Shown here piece after piece: positions 13,631 to 25,100 of a stretch of 64,000 nt of DNA. Source of the stretch: Basidiobolus meristosporus CBS 931.73 (lineage: Eukaryota > Fungi > Basidiobolomycota); NCBI GenBank assembly GCA_002104905.1, contig MCFE01000334.1, forward strand, positions 28,588 to 92,587, written 5' to 3'. The notes beneath the pieces are model-generated. The model searched no databases. It was not told the DNA's origin and was given only the letters and a program-made list of their open reading frames with translations. A program made the position numbers and the translations under genes. Position 1 is the stretch's first letter; each line of letters begins with the position of its first letter.

Positions 13631-14234
13631 ACTGATAAATACCACTTTTACATTCAATAAGTCATTAAGTGAAAACCACATAATCTATTTGTTCTCCCAA
13701 TTGCTTCCAATATCCCCAAGACTCTTCCAACACATAGTCCTTTGAGCAGCGGTAGTCATCTTTAACTTTGGCAGAGCAATAGTTCAGAAAGTCATTCTCC
13801 AGATGAGCAGAAAAGGATCCAAGGCAAAGTAGACACCAAGTGGACAGCAAGCTTGGGGCTCATAGCCTGTTGCAATATTCTGAGGAGTATTGGAGGTGAT
13901 GTGGAGAACTAGAGGATTTATATGTTATACACATTTAGATTTATTGATCAAAAGTATGGTATTTATACTTTTGATCAAGTAGGGCAAACAAACATGTAGA
14001 GTTTCTTAAGGAAGGTCACAAGAATATGTGTCCAAAGTTTGGGGGCTTTTGGACAACTTTGAGAAAGATCATAATCTAGGTACCTGATAATTTGGTGAAA
14101 ATATTCCAAGTAAATCCCAACAAGAAATTTGGTCAGGACAGAATGCCAATCAGAGAATAAAATCTAGGTGACTAAGTTAGCATGAATATTTAGGTGACAA
14201 CCTAATAATTACAACATCCAAGACTCTTCCAACA

Positions 14235-14781
14235 TTGAGAGCATATCACCTGCTTCTTTAGAAGGGAGTTCCCTTGCTATAGCCATATATCAAAGGCCTT
14301 TTTCCTGTAGCCGCATCTTCATTGCAACCCTTGATATATTTGGCAATTGAATCCATTCAACCTTTTGGGGCAGGAAAATCCCAGTAATATCAGTAGTAGA
14401 CACTCCGGGGAGAGGCAGCTTGGGGCTTGTAACCTGTTGTGGATTCTTGGAGATACGGAAAGTGGCTGAGAGAGTCAGTAGAATGTGTGGGTTTCACTTG
14501 ATGACTTGTTGAATGCCGAGGGGTGGGATTTTTGTGTTGAAAAGGACTTGGCAAGACCCGCATGTACAATATGCATAGGATAGTGCTGACTATGTGTGAG
14601 CAAGGTTTGGGGGCTTTGGGATAACTTGAGAATTATGGTGTTCTGGGTACTTGACATTTGGTGAGAAGATGCCGAGCAAATCTCAACGGAGAATTTGCGC
14701 AGGAAATGGTAAAGCATGTAAGCTATGGTCCGAGTGACTGGGTCAATGGAGTAATTAGGCGTAGATACAAAATCTGCACGC
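14235..14781 (-). mobile_element. Ty1/copia copy D: 5' LTR (about 14435-14781), PBS and gag start
   Basis: PBS GGTTACAAGCCC (reverse complement of 14423-14434). The gag start STTDITGIF aligns with STTAITGTF of copy C. The LTR aligns with the family and retains CpGs. Outer LTR end approximate. Confidence 0.75.
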
Positions 14782-14930
14782 TTGTTGGGGCTTGATTTTC
14801 TGGATTTCTCATCCGAATCCTAAGCAAATGGATACATGATTTAGTAATCAGTCGACAAAACCCCCAACTGGCGATGTGAAAGATCGCCTCGAGTTGGGAA
14901 CCGATGGGGAATTGGTGATACGTCCATGCC

Positions 14931-15866
14931 ATGGATCTTCGGATCAACATGCTGTCCAACGACAGCGATATGGCAACCCAGCGGACCTTGGGTCCACATA
15001 GTCCACCTGACCTCCCAAATACAGCCCACTTCTCCTTCACGGTACGCGCAGTGGGGAAGTTGGCCAGGATCGCATCCCGCTGGTGGGGAAGCTTGGAAAA
15101 GGTCGTGGCTGGTCGTGGTGGAGTTCGGGGATGCCTACCCCTTCCACCCTCTTACTCGACCATCTACGCCAGAACGATTCCACCGGAACTGCCCCTTCTT
15201 GATTACCCAACAAGCCCATCTCCATATAAAGCCAGAGCGCCCACCCACCCACCAACTCCGGTGAGGCCCCGATCTCGCCCCCTCCCCCTCCAGTCAGCTC
15301 CGACGGGACCCAACCCATATCCACACCCATTCCAGCTGCCCGGTATATCCGTACCGAGGCGGATCCACGGTGGATGAGGGGCCGGGATGTCCCCTACGCG
15401 TCGCCGATCCTTCTCGTCTGGAAATGGGTTTCCTTGTGGGGAGGCAACGTGTCGGCCGATTCGAGCTCTCCTCCGGGTCTGGGACGCACCCACGGAAACC
15501 TGGTGGACGAGGCCGAAGGGGAAGGGGATTCGCGACGTTCGAATCATCCCCGGACTCCATGGAATTCCCAAAACCGGACCCGGTTGGGGGGGGCCACGCC
15601 GTGGGTCATTTCTCCCGGATGATTCCACCAGCGCCATGGATGCCACGCGTTCCAGGAATGGCGGGAATGGGGGGATCCAGAACTTCCACAACTTCCTTCG
15701 AAAGAAGACCAGGGATCGCATCTCCCTCGCATCCCTGTCCCACCGCTCGCGGAGAGATCTTTTCTCAACGGGATCACCGCCCGGAGATCGGGGTGTTCGT
15801 CGCGCAAGTGTGCGCACACCCACGTCCGCCCAAGAGTCGTGGTGGAAAATGGGGAGGGGGGAATAG
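14931..15866 (+). other. GC-rich Pro/Ser/Arg-rich reading frame of 311 codons with one in-frame TGA (15375-15377); unrecognised
   Basis: ORFs 14931-15377 and 15387-15866 are in the same frame, separated by TGA GGG GCC GGG. No recognisable domain. Confidence 0.2.
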
Positions 15867-16069
15867 GCGGTGGTTTGAGATTGAATACAAGTGCTCGTGA
15901 TGCGATTTATTGGGTGAAAAAGATACCGTTCAAAAAGTCAAGGAACCTCGGCTATATATTTATATATTTAACATAGGATTGCAGGTAATGCTACAGTTGG
16001 GATGGTGAGGTGGTTACCCGGTGGAACGACTGGCTCGTTCCCCGGGATGTGGATGCGCCCCCTTCGGCA

Positions 16070-18296
16070 TCAAGAGATGATACAGTCGCTGCGTTCCCGC
16101 TTCTGCTTCCGCTTAAGTGTTTCGAATTCCCCTTTCGTGGGCGCGTTGGTAGAGCCACCCTCCAATCTCCGTTGGGCTTCTAGACTACCATGGGCGGCCG
16201 CTTTGACGTACCATTCGTTGGCAAGTTGGGGGTCGGCGGGAACTCCCACGCCGATCTCGTAATAGTATCCCATGGCAAATTCGGCCTTGGGTAAGCCCTT
16301 GGAGGTGGCTTGGAAACACCAGCTGTAAGCAAGGTCGTCGTTCTGCTCCAGGATCCCTTCCGCACCGCTTGCATACCATCCACTCAGCCCCATTTGGCAT
16401 TCGGGGTCTCCTTTCTCTGCCCCTTCTCGATAGTAGGTGATGGATTTACTTGGGTCTGAGGGGAACCCAAGCTCGTTAAACTCGTAGCAAGCGCCAAGTC
16501 GATGGAGGGCAGGGCTGTATCCCAAGTCGGCGGCTTTGCGGATGTTCTCTTGGGCCATGTCCAGGTCGAAGTGAAGGGAGCTTACGTCGACCAACTTGTA
16601 ATCCCCAGCAAGGATCAGGCCGTACAAATAGGCACCATCCGGGCATTCGCGATCAGCCTCCTTGGCCGCACGCGCCAAATAAAGCATGGCTTGGTTCAGG
16701 TTTTGCTTCAGCTTCATCTCCCCGTGTAGGTAGGCGAGACCTAGTCGATAGTTCGCCGATACACTTCCACCACTCGCTGCTTTCAGGTAGAACTGTACCG
16801 CCTTGCTGTACCCCTTCTTCTTTTCGCAGAAGTAGCCCACTTTGAAGGTGGATTTGATGAACCCGAGCTTGGAGGAACTCTTGTAGAGTGCAAGCGCTTT
16901 GTCCAGATTTTGAGGGAATCCGTACATCCCGTTCTCCAACCAGGTCGCGTAAATGTACATGGCTTCGGGCTGACCGGATTTCTGTAACCTCTTGATCCAG
17001 AAGATCGCCTCGTCCAGTAACTTTTTAAGCGAAGGGTTTCCGTCTTTACCGTTGGGATCCCCGAATGTCGTGGAAGAGAAGATCAAATACTTGGCGAATT
17101 CCAATTGAATCCTCGGGTCGTTGGTTTTTTTGGCCGTTTCACGGTACATCCCCAGGGCCGACTCTTCATTGACCAGGGTTAGTGAGGCCCGATGGTTTGT
17201 GACCCGTTTCAGCCCGTCTCCGGGGCCTGGAAGCTGTAGTAGAGTCGCACAACTGTTTCGATTCGCTCTACCTGGACTCAGGTCCCTTGGACGAAGCTCA
17301 ACAATCGAGGTTGGTCTTAGGGATGACTGGTCGGAATTAACTGTAGAGGCGCGCAGGGAATCACATTCATCAGAGGAGTACGAGTCCAACGAGTCAATCG
17401 AACGGCGCTTAGCCACTGGTAAATTATTTACAGAAGAATCTGAATGGCTGTAGCGATAGTTAGCGTTAGAATGCGACGTTTGGGAAGATTCGCCGTTGCT
17501 ATACGAAGCATCCGAATTGTATCCTCGATTTGTGGGATTATCTAGGTGGGTATCAGAGTGTCCATGATGCGTATATGGACTGAGGTTGTTGCTTTTAGGT
17601 ATGGACTCGGTACTGGACGACATCCCCGACACTTGGAGCTTATTTTTCAGATCTTTCTCTATGTCCTCGCTAGAACTACACGAAAGGGACCCGTAGGTAG
17701 AATCTCGAACTCCTGTGTGACCGCTTGCTTGGCCCTCATACCTCGATATCGGAGAGCTTGGCAAATCAGAAAGTGGAGTTGACGCGGATGAGGTTAGGCT
17801 GTCAGGAGAAAGTGTCGATGGGCTGGTTGAGTGAGGAATGTGTAGTCGTGGGGGTGGGTATACCGCCCCGGGGGCGGTTCGTGGAGGCGGGTAGGCAGGT
17901 CTTGCTAAAAAAGTGAAGCAGAAGGTGAGATGGAGGAAGCCATATCATGATAGTGTAGGTAAAACTACCTGTAGGTGATACGGAGTGGGGATTTACAGGC
18001 GCAAGGTTGGGGGGAAGTCCATAACTGTAGTAGAGCTGTGGGTACCCTTGTGGACGAGGAGGATATGTAGGGCTGCCTGGCTGCTGTGTGGGAGAATATG
18101 GAGATTTGCCATGAAGAGGTCTTGGGCCCATAGGAGGGCTTGAATGGTGTGAGTTAGTGGGGAGCTCGTGAGATTCTGTACTGGACTTTGGTTCGTTTAG
18201 GTGGCCTTTCAAGGGATATGGTCTTGGGCCCAGTGGTTTTTTGGATTTGTCGACCGCTTGGTCGTTTGCTGAGTGCATATTCTCGGACGATAACAT
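16070..18296 (-). CDS. SKT5: Sel1-repeat chitin synthase activator (Skt5/Chs4 family), about 720 aa; exons 18296-17969 and 17904-16070
   Basis: Tandem Sel1 repeats (YRETAKKTNDPRIQLEFAKYL, ANYRLGLAY, ALHRLGACYEF, AEFAMGYYYEIGVGV) and C-terminal CaaX CIIS. A 64-nt GT-AG intron (17968-17905) joins the Pro-rich upstream ORF in frame. Confidence 0.9.
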
Positions 18297-19501
18297 CTTC
18301 AACGTCAATCAAGCACTAGGTGATAATCAAGTAGTCGTCCGTGGAGAAAGACAAGGTGGAGCTTGCGGTAGTGCTTAAGGGAATATTACGAATGTTTGCA
18401 GCGGTTATAGTTTATGTTTATATGCTTGCGACCAGTGCTGCAATGAGGGGATATGCCTTTCTTTAAAGAGCTCCGAAATGAACGAGGCTGAGTCCTGAAA
18501 GACTAGATTAGGTCTTACCTTCCATATATGGTTTGAAGAGAAATTTTAATTCCAATTAAGATGTCAGATTTGATTGGCAGCACAGCCCACTTCCACTGAT
18601 ATACAATCACAGGCAGGAAGCCAATGAGCGATGATTTGTAGAGGAGCAAAAAACTCAATAATAGTAACATTAAAGTGTATTAATTCTTCCTAGCAAGGAT
18701 AGAACGCGCTCGATCTACCGTCTCACCCAGAAAAACCATCCAGCGGGCTAGTTAACAAGGGATCAGGGGATGATGCCAAGCGCAATAGACGGGCTGGTTC
18801 TAATCGTTTATCTCGGCATCGAAGTGATGTAGTGCGACTTCGGCAGCCTTTACTTGATCTTAATAAGTTTAGCTGCTGTGTAACGGAACCGTCCTATTGC
18901 GTCAAGATCAAGGACCGTGGATGCTCAGAAAAACAGTGAGCTCTCATTAAAACGAAGCACGTCATTCCAGCTGCATATATTACTTGGAATGAACAGTCAG
19001 TAGATTACGAAAATCGTGATTGTTGTGGCTGGTTTGCATCAGGGTCATGTTTACTTCATCGCACAGGTTGTTTTCCGCTCGGGCTCTAAATAGATTCCTT
19101 GGCGTTCACTGGCTACCAATTCTCGCCGCACGTGATACTCATTGGGGATCATCCCCGAAGTGTACACGTATCCTAGGGTCAGCAGCTACTCAACAACCAG
19201 CAGGAGAACACCAGATACCACACAGTTACAAATGCCACCACCGTCTGTGGAGGGCTCCAGGGAGCCATCGGCCTGAACACACACTTGTCAAGCTTTCCAC
19301 ACCCCGGGCATTTGGGCTACTTGGCTAATCGACCAGATGGATAATTCGCCTCCAGCGTATGTCATACCCTCGCATCGCTACGCTTGCATATGTTAGATGA
19401 GCGCAGATTGGGTTGAACAATGGTTGATGTGCGGCACTCATACGATCCTGGCTGGTGTTCACGATACTCCTCGGTCAGAGGAGATCCGAAAACGAAGCAA
19501 T

Positions 19502-20040
19502 TTATTGGTTGATCTGATCAATGTCATTCATATTTACATAGTTCCGTTGATTTTCAAAGCAAAACAGTCGCTTCTTGATATCTGGGTAATCAACAACATC
19601 GGCATTTAATCTGGTTCCGGACACGAGATACACGAGATCCTCGTCAAACGGATTCGTCAGGGTATGTGGCGCACTGGTTTGTGAAAATCCCATAAAGTCG
19701 CCTAATGGTGGAGTTAGGAGATTACCGCCGGGTGTCATGGTAGAGGTATCTTACCTGGCCCAACTTCGCTCACTTGCGAGCCGATTCGTGCTCTCCCTCT
19801 CCCAGATATGACGAAGAGGAACTCTTCAACCATATGATGAGTATGGTATGTGGTAGATTCGTCGCCAGGCTTGAGTGTAACATGGTGAACGCCCAGGGTT
19901 GTCATTCCCACCATATCGCCAAGTGATACGGTATGGCGAACGGCCTCCGAATTTAGCGGATGGACACGCTTCGTTTTCTCCAGCTGGGCTATCTCGGAGG
20001 CTTTTAGCAAGCAGGTGTGCTGCGCGGAACTCTCACTCAT
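19502..20040 (-). CDS. Cupin_2 domain protein (bacterial COG3837-like), 161 aa; exons 20040-19755 and 19701-19502
   Basis: Motif 1 GVHHVTLKPGDESTTYHTHHMVEEFLFVISGRG and motif 2 VGPGDFMGF...PHTLTN are restored by a 53-nt GTAAGA...CTAAC...TAG intron (19754-19702). Confidence 0.9.
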
Positions 20041-20912
20041 GTTCGCTAATGTGCTAACGTCAGTTTGATCTGTGGGGACCCGATACCTTATATAGGCTGG
20101 TCTTGTGAACTACGTACGTATTGTTTCAAGGATGACTTGGCGGAGCCATTAATCAGGTTACTTTCAAAAACGAGCGCATGTAACGCTTGGGTCAACTTTG
20201 AGGTAATTAGCGATATCGGATTTGGCCCATACGGCACAAATCAGATGGGCATCTGAGGCAAAATACTATCGAGAATGTCCGCACCGCCTTCTCTCCTCGA
20301 CCGAAATCCTGTAATTCCTGTTGAGCCAGAAACACTCATATGACCCAGGAATGCCCCGAAATGTTGTAGGGACCTTTCCACACTCACCGCAATATCCAGC
20401 GGATGCTTGGCTGGATTACCTCATGCAGCCTGGCCCTCGTAGTTGACCGGCAGTTCGTTGACCGTCATCGTTACAGCTTTCTGATGAGTCAACCCGGTTG
20501 GGAATTTCAGCACGCTTGTTGGGATGTGAATTTTCTAATGCAGAGTGGAGTTGCACTACTTGGTGATCCGAGCCTCAAAACCCCGACAGGCGGCAGTGGT
20601 GTCGAAACTTCTACCTAAGCCGAAGACCGATGTACTCGGCTTTGGTGCTCCCCGATAGTACAATCTCCCCCATGGGCGCCAGCGGAGTCCCAAGGGTGCT
20701 CTTGTTGTGAGCAAATCCATGCTGGGATGAAGTCACCCTGGCATTGCTAATAGGCCCATAATGGCCTAGCTATTGCGTATATAGTTAATCAGCATTACAT
20801 GGCACATTCTGTGATTGCAATGGGCTCACTGGTGATCAGGGACCAGCCGATCATAGCCCTTATGCCTGATGAAACATCATACCTCGATTCCAGCCAATTT
20901 TGGAAAGTTTTG

Positions 20913-22188
20913 ATGTCGTGGATGTATGTCATCTCAATTTTGATACATTATTCCTTTAAAAAGACTTGTCCTGCCACACACTCCCGAATATTTTTGGGTA
21001 TATTAGCGTCATGTCAACTCGTATGTAATTTGTATTGCATGCTCACTTTTAGCGAAGCCGTCTAACATTTCATCCCATGAAGCTATCTATCTGGCCTGCG
21101 ATATAGCTGAAGAGAAAAACATACCTCTCGTCTCTCAGTTGGGCTGTACCGATCTGAAATGGACTCTGGCTGGAGGCTCCTCCACCGAGAGTGCCACTTT
21201 TTACATTAAACTGGATGACGGTGGCTTATTGTTCGTGCAATTGGCGCACTCCAACATCGGGTAAGTATTTCAACCGTAGCCAAACTTTATCACCAACTTA
21301 CCGGTTTGTGCTAGTTTGAGTCCAACCGTTCAAACTACAGCACAGTACTTCAACGGGGAGGTCCACAAGTTTGAGACTGCTAATCGGTCGGCACGTACTT
21401 TCCAGGCCTCTTCGGACAAGGGATCTGTCTCGGTAGAGGGGATGACCATCGTCAACAACGAGGAAGACTCCAGACTGGATGTGTTGATCACGTTTGACAC
21501 CCTGGAGATCAAGTTCAACTTCTCTATCGTCGACTGTGGTTTCCAGATCGGGGAGGGGAAGACGTATTTTGGTGAGTTGAGCCCGTCAAGCTTTATTTGT
21601 CACCAATCTTTCCCGAAGGGAACTGTGCGTGGAACCATAAAATACGACGACGAGACCCGCGATATCGTGGGTGAAGGCTACTACATCCATGCCGTGCTCA
21701 GTATGAAGCCACACGAAGTAGCCACTAAATGCAACCTGATCACTCTACAAAGTGGAGATAACGCTCTAAGTTTGCTTCACTTCGATACGCCCGAAAGTTT
21801 CGATTTCATCCCGGTTACTCAAGCATCCCTCATCCTGAACAGAAAGCTGGTGGCAGTCACGGTTAAAAACACCGCTCAGTTCATTTCCACCAGCACCGAT
21901 CCTGAGAATGGCTATGAGGTTCCCTCCGAAGTGCACTATACCATGGATGGGGACACTCTGGATGGAAGACCCTTCCACTGTGAAGCCACCATCAAATTAA
22001 CAAGCCTGCTGATGAAGGTGGATGTACTAAGCGAGCTCCCATACATTCTCCGAAAGATCATCCAGTACTTTTTCACCAAGCCCTACATTTACCAGTTCTT
22101 CGACGATGCCGAGGTGACAGCCACCATCGGCGATGAAGAGGTCAGCTTCGGTGGAAAGGCCTTCTTCGAATGCTCGTTCTTGAACTGA
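20913..22188 (+). CDS. SVF1: Survival factor 1 (Svf1-like); 5' exons uncertain (ATG 20913 or 21011); core exons 21053-21260 and 21315-22188
   Basis: DLKWTLAGGSSTESATFY...FVQLAHSNIG|LSP across intron 21261-21314; C-terminal KVDVLSELPYILRKIIQYFFTKPYIYQF..GKAFFECSFLN is typical of Svf1. Confidence 0.88.
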
Positions 22189-25100
22189 CCGGTTATCTGG
22201 TGGAATAGCCATGGCCTCGCTTCCTGAGTCACCCTTTCGCTCGGAGCCGCTTGCTCCCAGACGATCCACTAGCAAATCATCTGTGCATCACACGGCTGTT
22301 GATACATTCCATCTCCACTTTCCTTAGATGCTGTAAACTAGAGATACTTCGTTTGTATTCGTAAGTGAACATGCCTATTATGTGTATTTATTGGCAAGTG
22401 GCAATAAACGAAGTTCGAGCAACCTTGCCATTCATTACACATCGGCTGGGTGGAGACCTTCTGGAGTGCGTACCACAGTGGCCCGACCTGGCGTCAGTTG
22501 ATCACCCAAACGAGGTGCCGGATCTAGCCCGCAGGCACCGCGATCAGCGGCTCCCAAAAAGGTGTGGTCTGGGTGTCTTCACTTCACCGCATCCACCCTG
22601 CTTAGCTGGGCAAGCAAGTCGCAAACAAATTCAAACTTTCTTCAAGCTCGGGCATTTCTGTTGGATGGACCCTCGGTGGTTTCGCCGCCCTCTCTTCTCC
22701 CAAATGGGGAAACCGTCAAGGCGGGCACTGTACGACTGCTCTCCGGGTGTTGTTGCGTAGCGCATGGGAGGTGGCGATTGGGACCATGATGGATTTACTG
22801 TTGACAGTGGAGAGCCAATCACCAGTGTTTTGGATAATGGTTAGCGGGCCTGAATTGACACATGAATGTATATAGTCGGGCCTGTTGTGGTGCTTTGGGG
22901 AAAGCAGTGAGCCCATGGGAAGGTCAGCTTGCACAGGAGTGGTGCCTGTATGGAATCAGCTGAAATATTTCTTGGCCAATGTATGAAGTGTTGATGCCAA
23001 AAATCAGAAATCTCATGGCACCAAGGGGTGTTGGACAAAGTACTGGCCTAGTGCAATGGGGTCAACACACACACCAGTCCCTCTGTAGCATTCCCTACAC
23101 TTTCAACATATGGAATGGATTACTTCCAATTGCCTAGTGTTATCTGTCCCTATTCCATGGCCGGGGTACAGGATTTCCCTGGCCAGAAAGCCCTTGCCCC
23201 CAACTCTCCAAGTGGGCCATTCCCACAAACTAGTTCAGCTTGGAGTTTGGATGGATCAGACCCAGTGGAAACTGGGACTAAAGGATTACCAGCCCAGATG
23301 GAAGAGGATGATAGGCCTATAGTAGTGGCAGAAGCGGCTGCCTGGTGGTAGGCTCCTAATTCCCTAGGGAGGTATGATGCCATCATGCAGCGCAGGTTGG
23401 GCTGATGAGCAGTCTGCTGAACACAGGCTAATTATGGTAAGCTCGACAGGTATCTTCCCGCACCAGAGGAGCGTGTTGACGGGATACAATGCTACGTTTT
23501 AGATCATCATCTCGTACCCATTTGGTGGGGGGGGGGCGTATGCGAATCCGAGCTTACCAGGTGGCCTCAGATTCCGACGGAAGTCGTGACCATTGGGCAA
23601 TGGCAGTGGCAACACAGTCTTCAAGGCCCATGGAAAACATGGACAGGCGTCGGCTACAGGATCAATTTAGATATTAGCCTCCAGTTCATACGCTTCGTCC
23701 AACAGCCAGCCTGTGAAGTGGGGGTGGAAATAGTCAGGAGCTGGGTAAGACATGTCTTATTGTCTCATTCATGGCCAGTGGATAGGTATGCTGGGGAATT
23801 CGCCAACCGCTCGCCGAGAACACGTATTAGTCGCCATGAGGGCATCCGAATGAGTTGTTGCCCACACCAGATTGAGGATAGCACTTTACTACATGCCAGA
23901 CTATGATTCAACATTATGACCAGTTTTGAATCTTGCCGGCCCAGAGAACATTGGTGCATCCATCACATGAAAATCAAGCGGCTCTAATCCCGTTTAAACG
24001 CATCATCCTGCAAGCAGATCCTGCTACGGCCTATTTTGGTCACGACCAACAGGATACGCTTACTAAATACAGAGATATGAAGACTAATAAAGGTACTGCC
24101 ATATCTCCCCCTTAATATACGATTCACTCGTTGGCAAACCCGCGGATTTAAGGGGAGCCCTTCCTAATAAGTCAGCGGAGCATAGGCTCGAGCAACATTG
24201 CTAGATACAGTGAGCGCTGTCTTCGATGGGGAATGGCTGATTCATGTTTGTTGCATAAGATCCAAGACACTTCGAGTGGTCATGACGTGATGGCATCAGG
24301 ATCTCCCCTTAGAATGCGGCCGGGTGCTTCATTGGCTGGGGCGATGCGAAACGGTGGCCGGGGTGGCCGCCCCGATTTCTACACTACGCAGTCCATAGAG
24401 ATGTACATCCGTTTGCCAACTAATGGCTTCATGTGTAATAAATCAAAATCACATCAACACCGGTTTCATCAACCGGGTGGATAGATGTTCATAAAGCAGT
24501 CTACTCAGGCAGGATCATAGCCAATATCAGGCTTGAGTAATGGTATGTCACGACCAGTGCCATGAATGGTCTCAGAGTAACACAGCTATGCCAAGATGAG
24601 CCATTGAGGCTGCAGTCATATTATAGATCAACCAGGTCAGAGAAATCCCAAAATATGGTTCCTTAGACAGTTGATGGAAGTGGTGATGGGAGGAGCAAGG
24701 CGAAGGATCAACAATCGGTCCGTCCTCAAGGCGAGCCACTTTGGGACTCGGACTGGTGCTACCCGAGGCATTCCATGTGGGTTTTGGTGGGTGGGCGGCG
24801 GGGCTGCCACCCACTACCCGGAGTGCTGGCCGCCGGACGGGGCTGCCTGAAGCCAAATAACAAACACTTGGATCGCAACCCATCGCATTCTGGACTCGGG
24901 ATTAGCTTCTTGCAAAACGATCAGTAATCTGCCTTTACGTGGAACCAGCTGGAACTACGTCAAATCCGCTGACCCTCACGGCGAGATCGAACATGATTAA
25001 AACGAAGGAAGTTCCGAAACAAGTGCGCGCAATCTAATTAAATGAAAGAGCTCAAGGCAATCAGCAACCTGCTTCCGGCTGTACCTCAAAAATCTAACAA

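Larger units (their letters stand above)
9824..13732 (+). mobile_element. Ty1/copia copy C inserted in the gag of copy B; RNase H and most of the 3' LTR deleted
   Basis: 5' LTR 9824-10171 (TGTTG...CAACA), PBS 10172-10183, gag-pol remnant, 3' LTR tail at about 13635-13732. TSD CATAT/CATAG. Confidence 0.92.
7064..14216 (-). mobile_element. Ty1/copia copy B, two-LTR element inserted in the 3' LTR of copy A, TSD TCCAA
   Basis: Colinear LTRs at 7064-7411 and 13868-14216. PBS GGCTATGAGCCC (reverse complement of 13856-13867). PPT GTTAAGTGCGAG (reverse complement, just above 7411). TCCAA at 7059-7063 and 14217-14221. Decayed gag/integrase homology at 8400-9823. Confidence 0.85.

Noticed and set aside
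15500-15560. GTTCGAATC T-loop-like motif within a hairpin
   Set aside because: No acceptor, D or anticodon arms can be formed; not a tRNA.
15203-15900. Overlapping 176-aa (+) and 206-aa (-) ORFs
   Set aside because: Arg/Gly/Pro-rich translations expected from GC-rich DNA; no domain signal.
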